Assembly: GCA_963776275.1 (NCBI GenBank)
Contig: CAVZMI010000029.1
Location: 1 to 64,000 of the forward strand
Reading direction: 5' to 3'
Length of the DNA: 64,000 nucleotides
DNA from: Ignavibacteriota bacterium
GTDB lineage: Bacteria > Bacteroidota > Ignavibacteria > UBA10030 > CAVZMI01
Made by a program: the position numbers and the translations under genes. Position 1 is the stretch's first letter; every line of letters begins with the position of its first letter. This document shows, in pieces, positions 38,964 to 48,743 of the stretch. The notes under the pieces were generated by a model. That model was not told the origin of the DNA. It searched no databases and saw only the letters and a list, made by a program, of their open reading frames with translations.

Positions 38964-41900
38964 TCATTCCTGGTCTTCTGTATTCTCTTCTTCTGGAACT
39001 TCTTCTTCCGTTGATGGCCATTGCCACCCGAATACCTCGTTCGCAAAATTAACTTCTTTTGGCATGGGTGGTTTATAATGACGATTTCTCCCTGCCCATA
39101 TCTTTCTATATTCTGTCCGCTCTTTCTGAGCAATGTCCAAAATATCCTTCATCCATCGCCTAATATCTAATGGCCAATAAATATCATCCTTCGAGTATGT
39201 CGGTGGAAGATTTTCTGTTTGCCCTGTTCTACGATTATACTCCTCTTTTGGTTCAAAATCACTCCTTGCAGCAATTTTTACTCCTCCGGTTTTATGATCA
39301 ATGACCGGTATGTCATCAACATCATTTTCTTCAAGTATTTTGAATATATTTTCTTTCTTATTCGTGATCGTATCAGGTTGAAGTAATCTAACCTGCCTCC
39401 AATTTTTTATGCTGTCGTAAAGCTTCCTCTCAACTTCATCACTATGCACCGCTGGAGTTGATATCCCACTCTTGAAGAATGATTTGAATTCATTAAAACC
39501 AACATTGCTTATCTCTCCGGGTGATGGATTGGCATGATCGTATTCTCTTTGCTCGCCCTCAATAATTTTTTCTATTTTCACACGCCGATTGACCGGATCA
39601 ACAGAAACGAATCGATATAATCCATGCTTCTCCCAATTACCTCCGTTTCGAGTAAAATATCTACCTACTGGTACTACAATTCGCCGATCGGCGTCGACAT
39701 ATGCCGGTTCATCCGATTCCAGAAGGCCTTTATATTCAAATTGCTCATTGTTCTGTAGTAGTTGTCTTGTATAGGTTATACGTTCCTGTAGCTGCTTGCC
39801 GAGTTCATCAGACTTTTCTTCCGGCTTCATCTTTTTATACTGGATCAAGAGATTCTGATATTGATTGAATGCAGACAATCCTCTCTTTTGCATTTCCTCT
39901 CGGTTCTTCTCAATCTGTGTTTTATTCTCTGCATCTACTTTTAGGCGCTCGGCTTCGGGATCATCGGAAAGCATCACCTGTAGTTCCTGCGGTGAAAAGC
40001 TTCTTCCGGAATTCTCATTCTTCGCTTCATCTGCTGTACCATTCCACAGATCCCATTGCCAGCCTTTCTTTCGATTGATCGCGTCAAAGAAAAATCCGTC
40101 AAATGTCCCATGTGTCATATAATAATTTATATCGACCATTTCCCTCTTGTTCCCTTGCCGAACTCCTCGACCGTTGCGCTGTTCGATCGCTGCCGGCGTC
40201 CATGGTAAGGTAAGATGATTAACGGCGCTTGTTTCTACCTGGAAATTCATACCTTCGGCCATTGTACTGTTGCCAATAACAACTTTGTATTTTCCACTGT
40301 TGTATTCTTCCGACATATGCTGTCTGTTCGATGAACTCCCGGCGGTATCAGCGTTGATTATGAGGATATCTTTCTCTGGAATACCGGCCTTAATTAATTC
40401 ATTTTTGAGTTCTTTTTGTATCGCCTTAAATTCCGCAAATATCAATTGCTTTTCACCCGTCTTATAAATTCTTAAAGTATCTTCCACGCTTTCTTTCATC
40501 TTCGGACTTACACCCTCTTCTTCTACCTCTTTGCTGGTCAATTCTGGACGGTGTTCGCTTCCTTCCTCCATCAACAGTTTAATAGAAATTGCTGCCTTCT
40601 GCATATCTGAGAGAATCGAAAAAATATGATCACCACTTTCCTTCCGTTCTTCTTCGGTCATTGCCAACAACTCTCGAGCACGTTCTCTAAGATCATTATA
40701 TACTCTTTTTTGTAATGTTGTCATGTTGCTTGTGTTAAAATGCGGATCCGGTTGAGGGACCTTCAATCCTACATCCTGAGCTCGGCGCATGTCGGTATAT
40801 CGCATGAAGATTGTTCGTAATTCTGGTAAGGCTTTGAAACCGGTCAAAGCTGGCCGCGGTTTTATCTCTCCACTGATATCTGCAATATCCAGAGTCTCTA
40901 CATTACCGAAAGTATCGAAGAAGTCTTGCATGTTAAAAATATTTCGGCGATCGTATTCTTCAGGAGCAATATATTGAAGCATGTTATATGCTTCCAATGG
41001 ATTATTCACTGTCGGTGTTGCCGTCAAGAAAAATACATTCTTTCCATTATTCTTTTCTCGAATGAACTGCGACGCAACATACATTCGCATCGATCGCTGT
41101 ACGTCCGGCTGTGTCATTGCCCATTTAATCGGCCGCCCGACAAGGCCAAAAAGATTCCGATAACTATGAGCTTCATCGGCGAACAACGCATCCACACCCA
41201 ACTGGTCAAAATATATGGTTTCTACTTTCTCGTGGCCGGCTTTTACTCGACCCATGATTGCCCGTTCTATATTAGCTTTGGCGACTTCCACATCCCGGGC
41301 TGTGGCTTCCGCATTTGAACGTATGATGTGTCGATGCACTACATCGTCCAGAGTCCGTTGCAATATCTCCGGACTGAATGACATCATGTCAAATTTATCC
41401 CGAGTAATCAGAACAATATCATAATCATTCTGAGCGACCTGTTGTAATTTTCGTTGAACTTCCTCAAATGTATCTTCATTCCATTGGATTTTGCCTTTTA
41501 CATCAAGTTGTAATGTTTCATTTTTATCCTTTTTCTCATGCATCCCTATGATCATGATCTTCCGTTTTTTATTTCCGGAAAAGACATTGATCTCACTCAC
41601 CCAATTCGCCAGGACGCTTTTCGGTACTACGATCATCGGTTTCTTCGCTATTCCCCTTTCCTTCAAAAGATAGGCCGTGGCAATCGCGGCAAAAGTCTTG
41701 CCCAATCCGGTCCCATAAGCCAGGATGCCTCGTCCCACATCAAGCATTCTCCGGATAGCTGAATAATGGTATCGATTCAATGAAAATCCATCGTCCATTT
41801 TATCGATCGGGATGGGAGTATCGTCATACTCCTCTTTCACATAGTTGTTAAACTTTCGATTATAGGTATTCTCGAACTCTTGCCTTTTCGGATGAACTGC

Positions 41901-42431
41901 TAACCAGCTCCGGAAACGTTCTTTGAATTCTTCGATCGCTTCCTCACGGTCTTTATTCTGGACTCCGTGCTCCAATCCTAAATTATTGAGATGCCGGATT
42001 AAATCACCGTAGAAATTGTATTCACTTGGAACAGTGCCTTTCGAATGAGTTAGATCTACTTCGTAAATGTTCGTCGTTTCATCATACAATAAGGGTTTAT
42101 TCCCCCGACTGATCATAAACTCATTCAGTACTTCAAGGGGGATCCATCGCGAACGGAGATTGAGCGGCATCTCCTCAATCGTCCGGAATTTTACCTTTGA
42201 TTGCATTGTTGTTATTTGATTTTCGAGTTTCTGAATTTTGAGTTCATTCTCTCGATCGTCACCTCCCATCAATCGACCTATTTCATTTTTCCATCGGTCG
42301 ATTTTATCATACACCGTTCCGGAAAGCAGCCTTTCCATTGGCATGTCGTAATATAGCGGGATCAACAGCTCTTTTCGATCTTTCAGATCTATTATGTGCT
42401 CGCATGAGTGCGGTATCATAATCTGCGTCAA
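38964..42431 (-). CDS. DarB-like SNF2/SF2 helicase (N-terminus missing or in another frame)
   Basis: LLSGTVYDK; GTGLGKT; DEAH; LTATP..N.P.E; QRNGRGVRQGN. Confidence 0.85.
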   Translation of the reverse strand: MTQIMIPHSCEHIIDLKDRKELLIPLYYDMPMERLLSGTVYDKIDRWKNEIGRLMGGDDRENELKIQKLENQITTMQSKVKFRTIEEMPLNLRSRWIPLEVLNEFMISRGNKPLLYDETTNIYEVDLTHSKGTVPSEYNFYGDLIRHLNNLGLEHGVQNKDREEAIEEFKERFRSWLAVHPKRQEFENTYNRKFNNYVKEEYDDTPIPIDKMDDGFSLNRYHYSAIRRMLDVGRGILAYGTGLGKTFAAIATAYLLKERGIAKKPMIVVPKSVLANWVSEINVFSGNKKRKIMIIGMHEKKDKNETLQLDVKGKIQWNEDTFEEVQRKLQQVAQNDYDIVLITRDKFDMMSFSPEILQRTLDDVVHRHIIRSNAEATARDVEVAKANIERAIMGRVKAGHEKVETIYFDQLGVDALFADEAHSYRNLFGLVGRPIKWAMTQPDVQRSMRMYVASQFIREKNNGKNVFFLTATPTVNNPLEAYNMLQYIAPEEYDRRNIFNMQDFFDTFGNVETLDIADISGEIKPRPALTGFKALPELRTIFMRYTDMRRAQDVGLKVPQPDPHFNTSNMTTLQKRVYNDLRERARELLAMTEEERKESGDHIFSILSDMQKAAISIKLLMEEGSEHRPELTSKEVEEEGVSPKMKESVEDTLRIYKTGEKQLIFAEFKAIQKELKNELIKAGIPEKDILIINADTAGSSSNRQHMSEEYNSGKYKVVIGNSTMAEGMNFQVETSAVNHLTLPWTPAAIEQRNGRGVRQGNKREMVDINYYMTHGTFDGFFFDAINRKKGWQWDLWNGTADEAKNENSGRSFSPQELQVMLSDDPEAERLKVDAENKTQIEKNREEMQKRGLSAFNQYQNLLIQYKKMKPEEKSDELGKQLQERITYTRQLLQNNEQFEYKGLLESDEPAYVDADRRIVVPVGRYFTRNGGNWEKHGLYRFVSVDPVNRRVKIEKIIEGEQREYDHANPSPGEISNVGFNEFKSFFKSGISTPAVHSDEVERKLYDSIKNWRQVRLLQPDTITNKKENIFKILEENDVDDIPVIDHKTGGVKIAARSDFEPKEEYNRRTGQTENLPPTYSKDDIYWPLDIRRWMKDILDIAQKERTEYRKIWAGRNRHYKPPMPKEVNFANEVFGWQWPSTEEEVPEEENTEDQE

Positions 42432-43356
42432 CCAGTACCAATCTTACTTTATATCCATTCTGTTTCAATTCATGATATAATTTTTCAGCCTTCCCGGGAT
42501 TCGATAGCGCTCCATCGATCACCACATTCTGTTTATTTTTTATTGCTTCTGAAATGAGCTGCTTACTCATATGCGAACTTTCTTCATGGGCAATACTGGC
42601 CGCTTCATAATCATCGGCTGCACGGAGAATTTGGTATTCTGGTATAAATTCCTTTGCCTCATCGGCATCGACCCATACATGAGATCGATTCGATTTCAAA
42701 TCACCGTACAATGTTCTAAGGATCGTACTCTTTCCGGTCCCGCCTCCACCTGCCAGAACGATCGCCTCACGCTTTCCTTCAGGCAAATCTTTCGGCACCT
42801 CTGCTGTTTGTATATTGAGAAATGCTGAATGTAGTTCGCTTCGTTCTGGTTCCCATTGTCCATCATGGAAATATCGCCGCTCAGTGCTTATATCCTTAAC
42901 CTGCGATAGAAACTCCTCATCGAGATCCTCCGGCGTAATAGTCTCAAAATCACGATAGATATATTGCTTTAATCGATCAACATATTTCCTATTCTCTTCT
43001 TCTTCCGGTACCGGAGCTTCGCTGGCCGACGTTCTGGATATCGCGAAATGTTTTCCAAGTCTCGATTTAACAGCCAACATATGATCGGCTATGTCTGTAA
43101 CCTTTACCCTCAAACCACGATATTTGACTTCATCACCAACCTTTATATCCTTCTGCCACTGTTCAAGCTTGTGGGATTGAAGCTCTTGTTTCTGAGACTG
43201 ATGTTGGTCGGTCGGTTTTTGATTTCCTTTCTTCTGTTTCTCATAATCGTCATCGTTCAACCAACGTCCCTGATCTGTGGAGAACCTGCGTCGATCAGTG
43301 GGGCCAAACATCCGGACCTCGCCTTCTGTCGGCTTTTCCACTGACTTCCTAAACAT
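42307..43356 (-). CDS. Zeta-toxin-like P-loop kinase with N-terminal PTEG..FGP.D..RW tag and KOW-like domain
   Basis: AGGGGTGKST; VDADEAK; HEESS; VVIDG; GY.V.L..V..D...A..RA..R. Confidence 0.8.
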   Translation of the reverse strand: MFRKSVEKPTEGEVRMFGPTDRRRFSTDQGRWLNDDDYEKQKKGNQKPTDQHQSQKQELQSHKLEQWQKDIKVGDEVKYRGLRVKVTDIADHMLAVKSRLGKHFAISRTSASEAPVPEEEENRKYVDRLKQYIYRDFETITPEDLDEEFLSQVKDISTERRYFHDGQWEPERSELHSAFLNIQTAEVPKDLPEGKREAIVLAGGGGTGKSTILRTLYGDLKSNRSHVWVDADEAKEFIPEYQILRAADDYEAASIAHEESSHMSKQLISEAIKNKQNVVIDGALSNPGKAEKLYHELKQNGYKVRLVLVDADYDTALMRAHNRSERSKRAVDPAILRHANGKAAFRNGV

Positions 43357-46300
43357 AACGATCGCCTTTTTCCCGATCGCTCTTGAAAAACCGTATCAGT
43401 TGGCGTATGCTTTTTTTTAAGCCGCCCTTTTCATTCGCTAATTCAAAACCATACTGCCTTGCAATATTTTCCATTTTACGATATACATCAAACGCCCCGA
43501 ATTGTTCTTTTGCCGATTCCTGCTCATCGGCTGTCAGCTGCTCCTCTCCGGACCGATAGGGCTTATTCTCAAGCAGAGTTCGTTCAGCGATTGCCACCAC
43601 ATCCTGATACTGTTCTGCCTTCTTCTGTTCTTCAGATTTGATTGATCCGAAAATATCATCCTGATTCTGATCAAGTGTTTTAAGCGCATCAGAGAATCGG
43701 CGTATTTTTAGTGCGAATTGGTTTATCGATTTATTCCGGTTTTCTTCATCAAACCGTGGATTCATTGCTTGATGATATGCTATCATGCCGACAACAGTTA
43801 ACGGATCCCGGAAAAGGTTCTCTTCTTTCTTCTCTGTGGAAAGTAGATCTTCCTGCCTCATTCGATGGATGAGTGTGTCAGGATTCATCGCTTGAGGATC
43901 GTCATTTAAGAATTCCACGTTTCCGGCCCGGATATTCATCAATGATTTCGTCCCAGAACCGAGGTTGTCATAGGATTTTACCACACGGCCGAGGAAGGAT
44001 TGAATATCCGCATATCCGGGGACCCGGCCTTCCGCCACTGCTCGCTGATTGTCTGCCAGGACCGAAGCCAACTTTCGTACCAATCTATGTGTTTTGTCAT
44101 CCCGACCAGCAATATCCTCAATGAAGTCTTTCTTTAGTTGCGCCAGCATCGCGATATTGACAAGTCTTGCTTGTACCGATGGATGGCTCTCAACTGCTTC
44201 ACGGGCTAATCCGGAATCCTTCAAAATCTCTTGATAGAGTTGTGGATTGTTTCTGACAAACGTTCCCACGTTATTTTCATCGATCGACCGGTTACCTATA
44301 CCTTCAAGATTAATACGAAAATCATATGGCGTGCGTTGTGCATTTTGGAATGCCCGGGCTTCCTCGACCTCGGTCTGCGGTAGAGCTGCACTCTTCTGAC
44401 CAAATGCCGCAAGTCGACGTGCATCTTCATACGTATGCATCGGCGTCAATATCCGAACCAGCATATCGTTTTCTGTTAGTTTTTCTGTCGGAGTACCAAG
44501 TTTCTTCGCCTTATCGAGTATCATCCCGAAATACTTTTCACGCTGCACGCCTTGTGTACCTTTAATGCCGGCACTGCGGCCATTTCCTTGGATGATATAG
44601 ACTTTCCCATCTCTGGAAAATGCCACTGGTGCACCGCGGGTAGCATCCGCATTGTCCGTTACCACGTCGTCGTTAATATCGGAAGCAATCTTTTGCATTT
44701 GAGTTACCGCGTGCACGTCACTCCTTTTTCTTGCCTGCAGTTCAACGGGATGCTCTGCGTTCTCTTGACCTTCGACATTATGAGATTCAACTACCGAATC
44801 CATAGGTACAAAAGCATATACCACATGATAACTATTCCCACTGCTATCTCTAATCTTGAATGGCTCTTCGACCACAGCTTTTGCGTTCTCGGGAATTTCC
44901 GAGGTATCTCCCCATTCAAATTTACCTTTGGCCCCGCTTGTACGCGCTTCACCTATTTTTTCTCTGAGCTTTTCGCGTAAATAATCATTCCGGCGCTGAC
45001 GGATGAAGCTCTCTGCTGTATCCATGTAATCGGATATCTGTCTGGCTGCTGGCTTTTCCTTCAGAACGCCGCTTTGCGATAGAGTATTGAAAGCATCGAT
45101 CTCTCGCCCTCGCTGATCATCCGCTACTTTCATTCGCTCAGCCAAGGATTGTATGGTTGCTTTCCATTCCGGTCGACCATATGCTTCTGCGAGCTGTTCG
45201 TCAATCCCCTCTCCACTATTATCTATGAAAGAATCGAAAACATCTTTATACATGCCAGCATCAATCGGCTTACGTCCTGTTTTTTCTTTTTCGATCCTGG
45301 CTTTCGCCGTATCGACGTCCATATTCCTGATCTGCTCTTCCCTTAGTTTTCCTGTAAGTCCGACGACCAACCTCTTCATTTTCTTTGAACCATCATCGAG
45401 CTTACTATCATCGACGTTACGGCGTGTATTCTTTTTTAGGATTATATTCGTTCTCCGGTTTCCATCTATTACACCGATTTCATGACCATGCTTATAAACC
45501 GTAATGCCAGTAGCAATTTTACCGAGACGTATATCTGTATATCGGGCACCCACTGCCGGCTCCAATCTCTTCCATACTTCATCATTGATTATCCGGATGG
45601 TCCCGGGCTTCAAGAGATCTGCTTGAGTAATACCTTCTTCCATTCTGATGGCACCAAGTTCTTTCTCGCCCTTTTGTACCGTAGCATTTCCATCTTCATC
45701 CAGGATTAAGTTTCCCTGATATTTATCGAGATCGTACTGATTGATTTTAACTTCATCATTTCCCTTCCTCAGGACAATATCATCGCCATCGATGTCAACC
45801 AACTCCTGTGTTTCGCCTTTGTATATCAAATGAATAGGCCGGTCATTAGCCGAAACTGTATACGTCTTTTTCTCCGGAAGCCATGTTCGGTTTAAAGTAT
45901 AATGAATCTTAAACCAACCTTCTTGTTCCCATTCAACATCCTTTTGAAAATTGAAATCGTCAAGCTGATTCCAGTCTTTGGAGAGATGCTCTTTGAATTC
46001 CTTATATTCCGGTGTTTCTATCTGTTCATTGTGTATCCGGGTCACTTCTTCCTGATATTTTTCCCCGACTGATTTTGGATGGGGTTCGAATTGCAATACT
46101 CTCTCCTGCTGCCGCTTTTTCTTTTCATCAAGAGCATTCTGTTGATAAATCTCCGTCATTTTTCCATGTTGTATATCTCCAGTTTCTTGTGAAATAGTTT
46201 TTTCCGATTGCTTCTTGGCTGCGACCTTACTTTCTGCGTCATGATTGTACTCGGTTGTCTTCAATGTACCTGTCGATCCATCTTCTTTTTTGAAAGCAAC

Positions 46301-47134
46301 AATATCATCTGCATAATTTACAACCTGCACCTTTTCACCCTTCCATGGTATTTCCTGTCCGACTCGAAATTCTCGAGCTGCAGGCTTTGGAGTTCCTTCG
46401 TTTTGAACTTTATCCGTCTTCTTTTGCTGACGGCGTTCAAGCTCTTTCTTTTCCTCGTCCGCGTTCATCCACCTCATCGCACCATCCGGAGTCCGCATGA
46501 GCTTACGAATATCATTCGGCCCAAATTGCTTCGTCGTGCCCTCGGTGGGTTGCGATTCCGGATTGAGGTTTAACTTAAATTTTCCAGCATTGAAACTGAT
46601 ACCGACCTTATTCGGTCTTTGGGTGATAGATCTCGGGGTATTGGTTTGAATACGCTTCCGAAGTTCTATAAAGAAATTACCTACTTCCTCGATGGCCCGG
46701 GTTTCCCGCTGATAATCAATTGCTGGCCGCAATAGACTCTTCCGGCATACCTTTCTCCCAGCACCGTTTTCAATTAAGGCCATTTGATCACCGCATTCGA
46801 TCACCGTGCCCTCTGTTGTCTTCGCTCCCTTTTGTAACCAGCTTCCCGATATTTCCAGAATCTTTCCCTGTATATCACTCATGATAATACAATCATTCTC
46901 ACTCTTGAAAAAGTAAACTTTTCCATGTTCGCGAGATGGAGCCGACCCCAGAAAATTATCTATAGTCTTATCCACAAGTAAATAAGGTTTCCCATTGATA
47001 ACACCGACTTCATAACTCTTAAGTATCAATGGAATTGAATTCTCTATCGGCTCGATCAAGAGCTCAATCCCGCGTGATAGGGTATAACCTTGCACCGTCT
47101 CGGCAAAATATTTCTTTGTGTCACTCTCCATCAT
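43349..47134 (-). CDS. Large polyvalent protein with DdrB-like ParB domain
   Basis: VESH..N..HP.ELQ.R.R; GAP; IQGNGRSAGI. Confidence 0.7.
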   Translation of the reverse strand: MMESDTKKYFAETVQGYTLSRGIELLIEPIENSIPLILKSYEVGVINGKPYLLVDKTIDNFLGSAPSREHGKVYFFKSENDCIIMSDIQGKILEISGSWLQKGAKTTEGTVIECGDQMALIENGAGRKVCRKSLLRPAIDYQRETRAIEEVGNFFIELRKRIQTNTPRSITQRPNKVGISFNAGKFKLNLNPESQPTEGTTKQFGPNDIRKLMRTPDGAMRWMNADEEKKELERRQQKKTDKVQNEGTPKPAAREFRVGQEIPWKGEKVQVVNYADDIVAFKKEDGSTGTLKTTEYNHDAESKVAAKKQSEKTISQETGDIQHGKMTEIYQQNALDEKKKRQQERVLQFEPHPKSVGEKYQEEVTRIHNEQIETPEYKEFKEHLSKDWNQLDDFNFQKDVEWEQEGWFKIHYTLNRTWLPEKKTYTVSANDRPIHLIYKGETQELVDIDGDDIVLRKGNDEVKINQYDLDKYQGNLILDEDGNATVQKGEKELGAIRMEEGITQADLLKPGTIRIINDEVWKRLEPAVGARYTDIRLGKIATGITVYKHGHEIGVIDGNRRTNIILKKNTRRNVDDSKLDDGSKKMKRLVVGLTGKLREEQIRNMDVDTAKARIEKEKTGRKPIDAGMYKDVFDSFIDNSGEGIDEQLAEAYGRPEWKATIQSLAERMKVADDQRGREIDAFNTLSQSGVLKEKPAARQISDYMDTAESFIRQRRNDYLREKLREKIGEARTSGAKGKFEWGDTSEIPENAKAVVEEPFKIRDSSGNSYHVVYAFVPMDSVVESHNVEGQENAEHPVELQARKRSDVHAVTQMQKIASDINDDVVTDNADATRGAPVAFSRDGKVYIIQGNGRSAGIKGTQGVQREKYFGMILDKAKKLGTPTEKLTENDMLVRILTPMHTYEDARRLAAFGQKSAALPQTEVEEARAFQNAQRTPYDFRINLEGIGNRSIDENNVGTFVRNNPQLYQEILKDSGLAREAVESHPSVQARLVNIAMLAQLKKDFIEDIAGRDDKTHRLVRKLASVLADNQRAVAEGRVPGYADIQSFLGRVVKSYDNLGSGTKSLMNIRAGNVEFLNDDPQAMNPDTLIHRMRQEDLLSTEKKEENLFRDPLTVVGMIAYHQAMNPRFDEENRNKSINQFALKIRRFSDALKTLDQNQDDIFGSIKSEEQKKAEQYQDVVAIAERTLLENKPYRSGEEQLTADEQESAKEQFGAFDVYRKMENIARQYGFELANEKGGLKKSIRQLIRFFKSDREKGDRYV

Positions 47135-47303
47135 ACCTTCTTCACCTCTCGCGGTTTCTTCTTGAGTATTGCATACCCGTAAATTGTTTTTTTATTTCTA
47201 ATACGACAACACAGCCATCTCACCTGTTGACTCTCCCGAACATCTACATATTGAAAAAACGAATCAATATCTTTTGGAGGATATATTCTTCGTGTATTGT
47301 CCA

Positions 47304-47564
47304 TCACCGCCTCATAAATCTCCTCAATTCTTCCTCTTGTCGTACCATTATTAACTGGAGGGAATCAACTTGTTCCGGTTTGATATCTACTTTACTTTCC
47401 AGCCCCTTCCCCGACAATATTCTATATTTTCCAGTAAGGCTGACAAACCTGTATACCACTTTTGGTTCTGCCGACAACTCCCGTAATTTATAACCGAAAA
47501 CTACACCTATGGCGAATAAGACAATCGCTGAGATTACGATCAGTAATCCCCGCTTTGTTGTCAT
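47304..47564 (-). CDS. Small membrane protein
   Basis: MTTKRGLLIVISAIVLFAIGVVFG TM segment. Confidence 0.5.
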   Translation of the reverse strand: MTTKRGLLIVISAIVLFAIGVVFGYKLRELSAEPKVVYRFVSLTGKYRILSGKGLESKVDIKPEQVDSLQLIMVRQEEELRRFMRR

Positions 47565-47866
47565 AATTCTATACCGTGTTGTTTTAGCGCGGTGAGTTTT
47601 GTGATGATGTCGCTGTTGTACCATTTCTCCCATGCTTTCTCGTCCATGGCCTTCATCCGGATGTTGCCGTTTTCAATATATTGATTCAGAGGATTCAGTC
47701 GAACATAACGACAACGGCAATTTTTCACTACTAATCCATCTACCAAATAAGAATGATCGTTGGCAACCTCTATGTTGTAAACAAGATTATTGTCTTCAAA
47801 ACATTTGTTTTCTACTATCCTGAGAAGCTTATATTTACACTTTGGATTGAAATTGACCTTTTTCAT
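47561..47866 (-). CDS. C-terminal intein half + MuF C-extein (different frame)
   Basis: VYNIEVANDHSYLVDGLVVKN|CRC; ATG at 47866. Confidence 0.75.
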   Translation of the reverse strand: MKKVNFNPKCKYKLLRIVENKCFEDNNLVYNIEVANDHSYLVDGLVVKNCRCRYVRLNPLNQYIENGNIRMKAMDEKAWEKWYNSDIITKLTALKQHGIEL

Positions 47867-48743
47867 TACGGAGTTTTTCCCCTTTCTCTGAAGCATGCTC
47901 ATCATCATGGCATTCGCGGCATAGTACTTCCAAATTGTCCATCTCATTATTATGTCGATCCCTATCTTTATGATGGACATGTAAACTAAATACTGAGCCA
48001 CAACGTTCACATTCCTTTTTCTTTCCATAAATGCCAAAAGCATATTTCCGGTATGATTTACGTCCGTCTTTAAATCTCGGTGCCTGAATTTTCACCTTCC
48101 CATAATTAGGATTCAAAGAGCCTATTTTTGAATCTGATATTTTTTTAATCGAAGGATTAGAACCTTTATTTTTACCGCTATTCCACGAAGGCTTGCCTTT
48201 TAACCATTGACCCCAAGAACCATCCTGCACCTTCTTTTTGATAGCGAGATGTGCTTTTTCAATTATTCGTTTTCTTTCTTCGGGATCTTTGTATCTCTCG
48301 TAGAGTGCTTCACTTTTATTTCTCCATTTCAAGCCGTAATTATTCATCCATCGTCTCACTGTGTCAGGACTCACGCCATATTGTTTTGACATTTGCAAAA
48401 TTGACATGTGATGGATATTATGTTTCTCAGATAATTCTTCCGCGGTAGGTTTATATTTTGCTTCTAATTCAACAACCATATCGCCTGGAATAATTTCATC
48501 TATTTTCGCCCAATAAAATTTTTCATTCCGTTTTATTAATATTTCGTGTTTAGAGGTCGATTTTAATTCAATTCCATTATCCGTCGTGAGCCGATTAAAC
48601 TTTCCAATATATTCACGCACATTCTTTCCAATTACTTTTTGATGCTTTCCTCGATGCGTAAAAACTTCATCGCCCTCTTGGATATCTTTTATTTTCTTCC
48701 TCTCTCCATTTGATAGGCTAATTATTGCATCTCCATAAAAACA
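47720..48743 (-). mobile_element. Intein with embedded HNH endonuclease, frame-broken
   Basis: PLHPY|CFYGDA (block A), TSKH (block B), HHKDRDRHNN..NL..LC..CH (HNH), VVKN|C; 1024 nt. Confidence 0.85.
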
